Source of the DNA: Pocillopora damicornis
Lineage: Eukaryota
DNA: 64,000 nt
Assembly (NCBI RefSeq): GCF_003704095.1
Contig: NW_020843739.1
Coordinates: 186,001 to 250,000 of the forward strand
Direction: 5' to 3'
The position numbers and the translations under genes were made by a program. The notes under the pieces are model-generated. The model was not told the origin of the DNA and did not search any database. It worked only from the letters and a program-made list of their open reading frames with translations. How positions within the stretch are numbered: the first letter of the stretch is position 1; every line of letters starts with the position of its first letter. This document shows positions 10,847 through 23,269 of this stretch, one piece after another.

Positions 10847-11294
10847 CTAGGGATCCNNNNNNNNNNNNNNNNNNNNNNNNNNNNNNNNNNNNNNNNNNNN
10901 NNNNNNNNNNNNNNNNNNNNNNNNNNNNNNNNNNNNNNNNNNNNNNNNNNNNNNNNNNNNNNNNNNNNNNNNNNNNNNNNNNNNNNNNNNNNNNNNNNNN
11001 NNNNNNNNNNNNNNNNNNNNNNNNNNNNNNNNNNNNNNNNNNNNNNNNNNNNNNNNNNNNNNNNNNNNNNNNNNNNNNNNNNNNNNNNNNNNNNNNNNNN
11101 NNNNNNNNNNNNNNNNNNNNNNNNNNNNNNNNNNNNNNNNNNNNNNNNNNNNNNNNNNNNNNNNNNNNNNNNNNNNNNNNNNNNNNNNNNNNNNNNNNNN
11201 NNNNNNNNNNNNNNNNNNNNNNNNNNNNNNNNNNNNNNNNNNNNNNNNNNNNNNNNNNNNNNNNNNNNNNNNNNNNNNNNNNNNNNNNNNNNNN

Positions 11295-12180
11295 ACGTGA
11301 AAATTTAGTTGTTCTTCCCCTAAGAATCTGTACGATTCTTATAATCCTCCTGATTGGCGGTTAATTTTCGGTAAATTTTCTATGTTCCTCCCTCTATGCT
11401 CTGTTGGCGACAGCTGATCCTCCTCCGTTTCACTGGAAAACCATGTAATACCCCCCGAATTTTTTCATTCAGTAGGCTTTATTTTGACTCACGTCGCAAA
11501 CCAATATCTAATCTCTCTTTCGTCAGAAACTGATATTAGTTTCTAGTTTAACGCTCTCATCATCATGGTCTGCAGACACTCCAACCAGTAGCTGCGTTGT
11601 GGCTTCCATGGATGATGACTGTCACGTCACTGGCATACGAGAAGAAGTTATTCATTTGACGCACTTTGATCTGGATGGACAAGTAGTGGTGCAAACAGTT
11701 AATGGTTCCTTGTTGGAATACTGGGTGTAAAGTTAACAGCAAATAATGCGACAATCCAGCCCTGATAAAAAAAAATTGTGTGTTAATTAAATCAGGTTCA
11801 TTTACACCTTACACCTTACCTTACATTACTCACCTTACATATAAATTGTCGATGGTTGTTCGGTATTAAATTTTACCGCACAAGTCACCTCACCTTAGCG
11901 ATTTTGACAAAGTTTCGTCATTTTCGTTACTGCATGCATTTCTGAACATATGTCGAACAACTATCTTCGAGGTAGCCGGAAGTGAATAATATCAAAACGC
12001 TGCAAGAGAGATCACCTAGAAGAGAAAGAGGTAATCAAAATGAGCACGAAGTGAAAAAAAGAGGAAATCCTTAAAATTTCGTAAAACTTTACCAAGTTTC
12101 CAAGGTAACACTCTTTCAAAAATACGTAACATGAATCCTCAAGGATAAAGGGTAACCACAAACTTCTGAAAATAATCGTT
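11295..12180 (+). repeat. Diverged tandem duplicate of approx. 9030-10170, including the EYWV terminal exon (11527-11730)
   Basis: Collinear alignment with substitutions, a 21-nt in-frame deletion, a 7-nt insertion near the acceptor and a large 3' deletion. Confidence 0.9.
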
Positions 12181-12592
12181 TTTTTCTTGAAGCACCGTTC
12201 ATAAGGTACTATCTAAGGAACTTTTAAGGAAAAAGTTCGAGCCGCTTATTCTTGGAAGTTTTTTTCACTCAATGTTTATATGAAGGAAAAGACTTGATTC
12301 GTCTGAATAAGAGTCAGTTTTTTGGGCATTTTACTCGTTGCCATGTTGCTTCCAGTTGTTCAATCTCTCCTCCATCTCTCTAAATGATCACCATCAAGGT
12401 CCTAATCAATCTCGAGCCCAGGGTCATTATGACTCTTTGTCAGCGGTATGGTAATCATGAGGCCAGGGTGCTGAGTTATTTGGTTGAGATATGTTGTTTT
12501 CGAGTTGAGGTCACAGAGGAATGGACTTTTTCGATGAAATGGTTCGTAATTCATAGAAAATTCGGATTTTTCAGTTTCTCAACATATGAATA

Positions 12593-15500
12593 ATGCCTGG
12601 AAAGAAAACAATTACGTCAAAAGACTACACGACTCCACTTAGAAGACCTGGCGAGAAGCGGGAAGACTTGAACACTCAAGAGAACGAAAAGGAAACCCCT
12701 TCCCTTTCAACTGAAACTGAAAAAGGTGACATTTTGTTGTCATTATAACTTAATAGAAATGATGTATCTCTTGGTTTTCTTATTCGTTGGTTTTAATTTC
12801 TAAGTGAACCGAAATCTCGAAGAAATTTTCGTATGTGAATCCGTACAATCACATCAACTCAACACGCACGCATAGTGTTTAGGTAGCTGGAGTCGAAAGC
12901 TCGAAGTATCGAAATCCCACTTTAATATTTTATGTGTGTATTTATAGCTTAAAAGGCTATCCATTTTCTGTATGCAAATAACCCTTGTAATCAGTCATTT
13001 GTATCAGTTTGGTTCGTGTAACTTTAAACGGCTACTTACTATCCAAGAGGGTGTAATAATGTCCACGAGATAATAAGATTCGGAAAGACTTCCGTATAAC
13101 CTCGAAAGATTCTTATACAAAACTAGAGTCCAAAAGGTAACCTTTACCCCAGAACAGTGTTATGTATAATGAATTATGGGGCTCTGGGGAAATCTTGCCT
13201 CACATTAAGTTAGAACAGGTAAACTTTTAACTATTCTTACCTGAGTTGTACAGTAGGCAGAGCTTCTTCTGAGAGTTACATATCATTTAATAGAATCCAA
13301 ACACATTCCATAAATACCCTCAGTCAATTCAAACAATACTTTTTAATATAATTTGGTTTATCAAGTGAGTCATCAATGAGAATTGGCCATGGTGATCTCT
13401 TTTACAGTGGTCAATTTACATTTATCAACTCAGTTGATAAAACTGATAAAACCAATACCGCCCTCCTGCCCAATTCAGTACCACAGTTACCCTCCCCTCC
13501 ATAGTATAATTAATTTTGATTTTATGTAAAAACTGCAATGTGTGATATTGCTGAAAACTAAGTGTTTGAAATTACAGTTGCCTTTTCAGTAGCAGCTGGG
13601 TGGCATTGATCAGATGATACTGGTCATATTGTGACTGAGTTAACTGAGTGATTTTTTGCATGTATTCTTATGTCAAAGGTGCTTCTCTTGCTGTTGCACA
13701 AGTGCTTAGTAATGAAAAGGATTCAGAGGAAAATACTAATCCTGTAACTGTAAGCCAAGAAACTAATGAGAAACCTGTGGAAGATGTTCCTCCTGATCCT
13801 GTGTTAATAGACACTGGAAAAGATAAAGAAGATACCACTACTAAGTTACTAATTAGTCAGGAATCTAAGGAGATACCTGCATGTAAAGCGGAAAAAGTGG
13901 AAAAACCACTGGACGAGAAAGAAGAAGAAACAAAATTGCCACAAGAGAGTGATGTTCATTCTAATGCAACTAAAGAAACTGCTGAAACCAATGAACATAA
14001 CAAGGAGAGTGATCAGAAAGAGCAAACTGTTACGAATCATGACAAAACATCACTAACAGAAACCACAAGCAAAATTACAAACCTATCACCATTTGCAAAA
14101 GAATTTGTTCCTAAGGCTTCCCTTAATCTGATATCTGTAGTCAAAGCCCCTGAATTTGTGCCTGCGTCAGTTCGACCACAATCTGACAGACCACCGCTAT
14201 TGCAAAGGATAAATGACACACCTGAAAATGAACTGATGAACTGTGTTAAAGATGTCCTTTTTGGACTGACTCAGAGTCCTGGCGAGTTAAATGATTTTTT
14301 TAAGACTTTGGTTGATCAGATGAAGAAATGTATGGGAACTGTGAACTCTTTAAAAGAGGTGGTAGAGCTCATCTTTGAATATGTGAGTACCATTTGTTGT
14401 TGTTGTTGTTTTTTTTTTAGATATATGTCTCTAACCCCTAAGAGTGATTAGCGTCTAATTTCTCCTTACCATATCACCCCTGAACAAAACATTAAGAAAA
14501 ATGGAAATGATTACCAACCAAAGAAGCTCTTCATTGTTCAACAAATTCTCCTTGTCTGCACCGTAGGAAATGTTTAGAGAATAGTTTGGAGAATATGCAT
14601 ACACTTTGATGTTAGGGTCAATTTGCCATCGTCACATTTTAAAGGGTAACCCTTATGAAAACAAAAAGGACAAATAATTTTTAATGACAAGTTATAATAC
14701 TTGTACATACTTGGTTTTGTAATATAAAATTTCCTAAAGGTTAAATTTTGCTGACAAGTTGAAAACATGATCAGTCATAACTTTAATTGTGCTGAACAAA
14801 GTATTACCTTTGTTATGGTTTTTAAGATGTATTTAATTCCAATTTTTTCAGTCAATAACAGAGCCTAACTTCCAGTACATTGCAGCAAAACTTTGTAACA
14901 TGTTGTCCAAGGAGGATACCATTATCCTGGAAAGTGGTGAAAAGTTCAGGAGTGTTTTGATGAATAGGTACACGAAATTCAAAATTCCATTTATGATGTA
15001 CAAGTTTTGTCATTCTTTCAAATTATTTGGTTGGCAGGGTTTATGAGTAATCTTGCATGTGTTGGTGACCAGAATTCCAAAGACATGGATGGTTGAAGAA
15101 TGATATTCAATGTTAACACTTGTTCTACATTACTAATTTCCAGATGTAGGGATGAACATAAAAACAGAGAGGATGCTCTGAAAAACCCACAAACTTTAAC
15201 AAAATTGCTTGGATTTGCAATGTTTGAGGCTGAACTCTTCTGCAACTACAGGGTTAGGGGATAATTTACTTGCTTCAAGTATGTGACCATTTTTAATGGA
15301 AAAATGTCTAAGCTGTTGCGACATGTATCTGTTATATGTATGTGCTGTGTATTTACATGTAACTAATAGATTCCCTGTTGCTGTGCTATGCTGTTCAGTA
15401 AAGGATTGCAGATGATGTCAAAATGTGGTAAGACCCAGAATTGGCACACAAAGTGCAGCTTAGTGTATCTCTAATTTTCTTACCAAATTTTGATGTCTTC

Positions 15501-18500
15501 GGTGATCTATTGCTGAACAGACCCACAGAAAAATGGAATCTAATTGTTTTTTTTTTTAAATACAATAAAGAAGCAAAGCATTGTTAGTGGTGATGCCACC
15601 TATGCATCAGTCCTGTAATAGATCATTAGTAAGAACCAATCAAAATGGTTGTGTAACTCAACTTATTACATAAATGTCCTTAATGTTATAGCTTGGGTCT
15701 TTGTTTTTTTCATTTTCACAGCCCTTAGGTGAGAGTGAACCTTTGAAGGTATTTCATAGAGGATTATTAGAAATGTTGTCCACCCTTTTACAAAACCACA
15801 CAGAAGAATGCCTCAAATGCATCGGCAAAATATTGAAGGTATTGAAATCATTGTATACAATCAAAGCTGATTTGACTGATACATGATCTTTACTCTAATC
15901 TATAGTTGAACAGGCTTAATTGTCACCTCTTCAGTAAAGTTTCCTTTTTAAACTCCTGAACAAACTCCACATTTGCACTTTCCCATACAACTCAGTGGCC
16001 AGCTTCATGTATAAATCAAGCATCATATACCGTAGGTTCAACATAGTACCACTGTTGATTGAAGGGTGATTAAAGCCATCTTGCAGGTGAAAGTTTGTTT
16101 TGAGTACACTTACAGGTATCTGCAAGATTGCAAGTTATAGACTGTATCACTCATCCTTTGAACAGACTGGTTCTGTCAGGGGCACCCACATGAACATTTT
16201 TAGGCTTGTGTCAATTCAGGTTTGCCTTCACCAATAACACAAGGTGAATTTGAATTTTTTTTGTTTACATTTGCTGTTGGTGTATCCAGATGACAGGATA
16301 TCTTCTAGATGATCCCAGATTTATGGTAAAGGACAGTGAAAGAAAGCAGAATGTTGATAAAGTTTTCTCTGATGTTGAACAGCTTCTGAAAGAATCCACA
16401 CTGTCAGAAAGGTAGATGAAGTAATAATATTACATTAACCATTTAACTCCCATGAGTGACCAAGAGAGAATTTCTCTTTACAATACTGATCAATCAGACA
16501 AGTGACGAGAATAGAGAAAAATATCAATTTCGGGATAATTAGTTGTAGTTGATCCAATAATAAATTCTCTAAACTAACATTATAAGAATTGTGTTGTTGA
16601 CAGTGAGGAGAATTACAAATTTGATCGGGGAGTTAAACAGTTAACAAGCCACTTTTTCAAGACAGTTTCTCTGTACCAGTAGTTCTTAATAAGCCATCAA
16701 AGGAAGAGGTATAATGGAACAATTATTTGAACCCTTTTAACTCCCATGAGTGACTAAGACAGAATTTCTCCTTACGTTATCAATACAATATCAATAAGAC
16801 AAGTGCTGAGAATAAAGAAAAATATCAATAGGGGATTGTGAAGTAGTATCATGAGAACTGTATGGCCGACAGTAAGGAGAATTACTAATGAGATCTTGGA
16901 GTGAAAAGGGTGAAACAAGTCAAACCAAAAGAAAAAGACAAAAGGAATCTTATGAATAAAAAAAAATAATCCTATCACTTTCTTGTCTGCAGTTCAAAGG
17001 TGTTACTTTCTCAAGTAATAAAGCTACGAGCATCCAGTTGGTCCTCTAGTCCAGCTGTAGGAGCCAGTGAAACATCGTTTGACTTCCCTCCTGACAATGG
17101 ATACTCTTTCCCTTATTATGGTCTTGGCCTGGTAGGTTATCTTTTCCTTGATAAAATAACATGCATAACATACTGTACACTGTTTGTCATTACAGTTGAT
17201 ATAGTAATGTAATGAAGACAAGTACAGTTGTGATGCAACTCATGGATGAGCTACTGTTGTAAACTATGATCAGTCCCACCTTTTTGGCAAGGTCAGTTGC
17301 ACAAGTAAAAAAACTTAGGGGAAAAAATTTGCTGTTAGCACATTTTGCAGACCTCTGGGAGTATGGTTCACAAAAAGTAGCTACTTTTCTTGCACCTCAC
17401 ATCCAGAGTGTTCCTTTCTGTGTGCTAACATATATCTTAATATATATATATTTTCAAATTTCAATATTTTTGAAAGTGGGTGTATACCAGTATATGTGTT
17501 TACTTATGTGGCAGATTATGCTAAAAAGGAGGGACTACTTGTACTCTAACATTGTGGACTATCAATGGCAATTTAGCAGTGTATGGTCTCTTTGAGGATC
17601 TGTGACACTCAGAGTTAGCTCTTGGATTGACCAGACACATCACAGTTGGTGAATTGAGTGCTCTATATTCTTAAGTAAAAAAGGCATCAATTTCACCCAA
17701 TTTTTGATTAAAAATTGTTTTTCTCTTCTGAAATTTTCATGGATTTTTGTTTTCCTCATAACCTTTCAGGAGGAATTATCAATAGACGATGATTTAATTC
17801 CAGTAATAAATCCAGGTAAAAGAAGTAATTTTTAGCCTTTTAGACTGGATAGTGCAGTATCATGCTCAAACCCCTTTACATAATTAGGTAAAGGTGACAT
17901 CTTTATGTGAGCCAGGTGACCCATCTGGCCAAAGCTTATTCTGGTTATCATAGCATGAAGAGACTAGGAGTATCATTACTCCTCCCCTGGATGGGATGCC
18001 ATTTGTTTGCGAGGTTACCCCCCAGCATTTCATCAAGCTTCCCTGATAATTTTCCAGTACTCATTTCTACTCCTGGGTTGAGTAGAAAAGTATTTTGTCT
18101 AAGAACACAACACATAGACCCAGCCAGGTATCAAACCCAGACCTCTTGAGCCAAAGTTCAGCACTCTAACCATTAACACATTAGATAAGTATCCTGTTTT
18201 ATCTTAAAGTTTTGTTATATAAGTTATGTTCCAACAACCCTTTGTGCTTAACATCAAACAGAGCAGTGGAGTGATTACTTTGATGATGGAGAGGATGATA
18301 ATGAGCTGCAAGATGCTTACAAGTACTACTTTCCTGAACAGTTTGAGGGAGATTTTGAGTATGTATCATTTAGAATACTGTATTTTCAGTCCGGTGCAGA
18401 GTGCCACCTGAAATCCTTTAAATCCCAAGATGTGTATAATTATTCTTCACGGCAATTTTCTTACATGTACATTCCTTTTGTGTCATCTGTTCACGACAAT

Positions 18501-18864
18501 TTGGGTTTATTTTCTAACAACGTTCCCTAGATGATTCCCTTTTCTTGTTTACTTGATAGACTATGTCAACCATTTAACTCTCATGAATGACCAAGACAGA
18601 ATTTCTCCTCACAATATCAATACAATAGGTGATGAGAATAACAGAAAATTTAATTGATTGTATTTATATGAAAGGCTGAAATATTTAAAATATGAAAAAA
18701 AAAATTTTTTTTGTGAATTGTTTTATTTTTTTTACTGTTCTTTTGTTAACATGATTATTTCCAGTCCTGAAGATGGTGGTTATTACATTGAAGATGATCC
18801 AGAGTTTGATGACGAAATTGACCAAGAATATGAAAAGTTCTTACAAGAGCAAGGAGGATCTTAA
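12593..18864 (+). CDS. PAIP1: Polyadenylate-binding protein-interacting protein 1. Exons 12593-12725, 13679-14382, 14852-14967, 15144-15252, 15722-15838, 16290-16411, 16993-17131, 17770-17815, 18262-18358, 18765-18864
   Basis: PAM2 motif NLSPFAKEFVP; MIF4G-like region (LTQSPGEL..VVELIFEYSITEPNFQYIAAKLC..FRSVLMNRC; VIKLRASSW); acidic C-terminus DPEFDDEIDQEYEKFLQE; consistent GT-AG phases. Confidence 0.88.
15364..15542. mobile_element. Palindromic MITE in a PAIP1 intron
   Basis: AGATTCC..CTGTTCAGTAAAGGAT..GATGATGTCAAAATGTGGTAAGA pairs with TCTTACCAAATTTTGATGTC..GATCTATTGCTGAACAG..GGAATCT. Confidence 0.65.
16434..16644. mobile_element. ~200-bp TTAA-CCC/GGG-TTAA (piggyBac-like) MITE superfamily; further copies approx. 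14430-14618, 16728-16912, 18567-18660, 19097-19308, 42497-42700, 42698-43127, 46925-47135, 56891-57093, 62013-62215, 62664-62872, 63098-63302
   Basis: Recurrent termini TTAACCCTTTAACTCCC... / ...GGGAGTTAAAGGGTTAA and shared internal AGTGACCAAGACAGAATTTCTCCT sequence. Confidence 0.8.
17886..18180 (-). mobile_element. tRNA-derived SINE (CORE-like central domain)
   Basis: On the - strand: A box TAATGGTTAGAG, B box GGTTTGATACC, then TGTGTTCTTAGACAAAATACTT...CCCAGGAGTAGAAATGAGTAC; tail ..CCTTTACCT. Confidence 0.7.
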
Positions 18865-21800
18865 TTAAAAAAAAAAAATAAAAAAAATAGATAGCTGCCT
18901 TTAGTTAGCCTGAAGGTAATTGTTCTGTACTGTAAGATAAATAATTTTTATCTCGTTAGGGATATTTGCACTATGATATTATATTGATTGATAAGTTGCA
19001 TGTACTTGATCAATAACTTCATCTGACATCTGAAAGTGTATTTTCATTGCATTCTAAGGAGCAACAGCACATTGATGTGCTGCTCAACCATCACATTTAA
19101 TCCTTTGACCCCTAAGAGTGACCAGTATTTAATTTCTCCTACCAGTATCACCCCTGAATCAAACATTAAGGTAACGAGAAGAAAGGAAATGATCACAAAC
19201 TCAAGAAGCTCTTGATTGTTAAACAAATTCTCCATTCCAGCATCTTAGGAAATGTATATCGAACAGTATGGAGAATATGCATACTGGTGTTAGTGTGTAA
19301 AAGGTTTAAGGCCTGCATAGATGTGATGTGTGTGGGTCACACACCATAGTTTTATGTAAAAAATTCATGGTCATGAGTAGCCAAGAGTTAATCACCTCAT
19401 AAGACAAAATATAAGTACCACATGAATACACTAGTCACTATATTTCATTTGATCACTACACGTCTTCAGGAAAATAATCAGGACATCATTGAAGTGTTGT
19501 TTGTTAGTTTAAGAAGCTTTTGTGTGAATCAATGCATACAGAAGATTTTTCCTATCAGTGAGTGAAAGGTGGAACCACCTTGTACAGCTGAGCTTAATAA
19601 AACCCAAGAGAGTGACGTTCTTGGAAATGTCTCGATCTATAATTGTATCCAGTGATGAAAGTACAGACTACTGTTTTTTGTCTTGTATTTAGAGCTTAAT
19701 AGAGTTGTAGTTGTAGTTCTTTAGATCTTTGTTATTGATAGAAATACAGAAACTAAGGAAGGCAGCTATTTGAAATTTAAAACATTTTTGACCAATAGTA
19801 GCAATTAATATACAGATAACGTGTTGGGCTGGAATATCAAATACATGATAATATTTGTCCGGAAGCTCGCGATAGTCAAAAGAGCCTCTCCTCTATGATG
19901 TAATTATCCTCTAATCAGGGTTTACCTGAAACGATAAAGTATTCCGCTTACTGTTTGTAAATGCGTGACTTTCGAACTTGCGTGACATTTGCGTTACAGT
20001 TGGCCTTTGTGCCATTTGATTCCTTTAAATAGTTTTTCTCTCCCGCTTTCATTAATCGCCTGTTCATGTTCGGTGTTCATCTAAAGTTAATTTATAAAGT
20101 GTTATTTCAAGCCACCGGCGTATAGGGACTGATATTTTACGAGATTGATTAAAGTTATGTCCCTGTAATATATCCCCTGGATTTGGTTGGCATTTTTCTC
20201 CGGTCACGATTTTCTTGGTATTTCATCGAGCCTTGATGTTCGTTTGCCGCAACACTGTTAAATGTTTGGAAGAGGTCCTGATACAGTGTTTTAGTTTGAC
20301 AGATCAGGAAAAGCCATCAATCAGAAACTATTTTTTCAGTGAGTTAAAGAACTCGACTGGGGAGATTGCGTGTCTATTTAACGGGGTGTAAAAGTATTCG
20401 GTTTAGGAAAGAAAGCGAATGTGTTGAACTTTCTTCAAAAAAGATTAGAAACTGGAATTTTTTTAAACCAAGAGAATAGTGTCGTTGTTTGGTCTTTGTG
20501 ACAAGAAGCCACTATTGTGCTACCTTATGATCTCACCGAGAACGGTTTCCCGTTTCCTGCTAGACTTCACGCGGACAAAAGATACAGGAGCTGGAGAATT
20601 TAGGAACTGGGCTATGACCTAATGATGACTGACCAATTAAATATTGATGATATTAATCCAAACTAACTGGTACTGACACATTACCCAGCTAGGATGCTGT
20701 GTTCGCAAGCATATGCCTAATTGTGCGAGCTGAACATCCTTCCTTAGCCAATAAGATGTAAGATTGGAAACAATCCGTAAGGAAATATACATGTATAATC
20801 GATTAGAGTCATCAAGAGTTGAGCGTTTTCGTCACTCGGTTATATCAGTTAGTGCCTTTACCTCACCCTTAGCAATAAGCTCTGTTTGCTTTTGACTTTC
20901 CGACTCTGCGTCGGTTGATGTCAGGCATGAGACATTTCAGTGTTTACTTTGATCCTGACTGAGAGCGGTTCGTTTGTTAAATAATAATTAGCATTTGTCA
21001 TCTTGCATTCTTTCCTAACCACGAGAAGCACAGCAAGACAATGTTGTAGCTCGTCTTGCAGCTCTTGGTATCCAAGCGCGGGGGCTAGAGTTGATTAAAC
21101 AACTACAAAAGGAATGTTTATTACAGTAAAATATGGAGGTAAGATTCTTAAAACTAACTCACCTTTACTGTTGTTCGGTTAATTGGTGTGAAATCAAGTC
21201 GTATTATTTGAGTGAGAGACTAGTTGTGCTAGTGTTTAGAAGCACAAACCTGAAGCATTAGTTTCTGGTTTATGTAACAAGAACCTTTTGTGATTTGTTT
21301 CTGCGTTTTTCGCTTAATTTACTCGCCTATCTTACTCAAATGTCGCTTAACAGACCAAGTTTAACTTGATTAAATTTCTCAACAAAAAATTATTTTTCTA
21401 ATTACATACCTAAAGCGATTATGGCGGATATGGACCTTGCTCAGTCGGATCAATTATACTGATTGCTTTCCCATTGTCCCATGCTATTCTGATAGCTTGA
21501 AGTTTGAGTTACATCGACCTCTCACTGAATCTTCCGAAAAAGGTATCGAATGCAGCTCCCGGTGTCTTGGTCTGGTCTTGATTCCGAAATTGGGGGCACT
21601 CGGAAAAATATTCTTTAAAGATTGTAAACTGTGCAATGCAGTCTGGCCAAAATCCCCCGCAAAGTGTTTTAAATTAATTCAGAATACCCTCCTAAGAGGA
21701 GAGTTGATAAAAACTACGGTACTGTCCTTTAGTTGTTTTGAGTGTTGAACGGTCCGGCTTGATGTAGACACACGTTAGATTTTTTAACAATTAAAAATGG

Positions 21801-23120
21801 TGTTAGACGATAACACTGGCACAAGTCTGAAATAAAGAAATGAGTTCATTTTCAACACCAAAACCTCAGTATGTGTTAAGAAACTGTTTCTGTTTTACTG
21901 TACATGTTAAACATGTTATGGCAGAGGATTCTATTTTTCCGAGATATTTTTAATGCAGTGCCCCTCTTTTGATTCCGGAATTAGTCCGAGCTGAGTCTTG
22001 CAGCTCAAATGAGACCTACTGTGTTCAGTTGTCCGGAAACTGTTTTCATTTTTAATCTTCTCTTTGCAAAATTAACCAAATTTAATAATTGTTATCGTCT
22101 GATGATAATTTTTGAAGGGCAAAGTGAAATAAATTGAGGTACAATGACTGCTCTTAGTAAGATTCTCCAACTAGCTTCTCAAGATCTACAAACGAAATCT
22201 GTATTAAGTGACAACCGGTAAGACTCAGCTTTTACCTTGTATAGTGGAGACCTCTGTGATCGACCGAATCTACTCACGGAAACATTGTGTAAATACGATA
22301 CTTAGTGACATTTGCCAAATCTTCGTGAGCAGGAGAACTTGGCATGATAGCGAAAGTTTTAATAACATAGATGTTGGAGCCAATCGCCACCGCCTAGCTC
22401 GGATTAAATCGCCCTGTATAATAATTTTATTGCCTACCCCGTGCTTGACATACCACGTGTCCATTTTTACTTCTTTAGATCATGAAGAGGCTCTTTTTAA
22501 CCCAAACTGTCGCATTCTTCACCTGTTGGAAGACATTAAAAGGCGATGTAACTGTGCTGAGAATGGTTTGTGATTAGTTTGGGTAAAACTTTTAGTACTT
22601 TTTTGTGCACAAATTGCCACATCAGTTAAGCACACATGCGAGCCCACATAATACACCTGGGCTAAACGCCCCTTCCCCCACTCCCCTCGTTTTAGGGGAG
22701 CGCTATCAAGAATATCATCCTGACGCTGTTATGTGCGTGTCGTCACAGAAGGGCCACTTTTAGCAGGTTAAGATTAAGAGAGGGAAGAAAAGGAACAGTA
22801 TGGATCAAAAGATTCTTATGGATGGATTCAGCAGACAGAAGAGCAAAAGGTCTGGGGACTTAATTTAGGGCAGAAAGCTTGGAAGAACTACAAAAATGTG
22901 GGCATTTATTTATCATTAATCTGCAACGGTTTTCTGATAAATAGCGGGCTTATGGAGAGCAGGGTACGGAATTCGGAGAATTCTCAACACCCTTCCTACC
23001 CAGTGCCTCAGCTCAATATACTCAAGGGGATATTTGACTTTACCTGACGAAGGGTTCTCCGGTAGCATGACTATTAAGCAGTTATATTTTCCCTATTTTT
23101 TTGCCTACTGCAAGCACTGT

Positions 23121-23225
23121 CAGGGGTGTAACCAGGATTTTTCAAAGGGGAGGTCACACTCTGTCAAACAGAGGATACTCACTAGATTGTCATGTCGACC
23201 TCCACGCAGCACCCCTGGACCTCCT

Positions 23226-23256
<31 letters not shown>

Positions 23257-23269
23257 AGTTACGGCCTTG
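23121..23269. mobile_element. Short hAT-like MITE with poly-C tract
   Basis: Imperfect TIRs CAGGGGTGTAAC / GTTACGGCCTTG; no target-site duplication identified. Confidence 0.5.

Noticed and set aside
18110-18180. tRNA gene (also 53165-53226)
   Set aside because: Degenerate A/B boxes continuing into SINE bodies; no intact cloverleaf.
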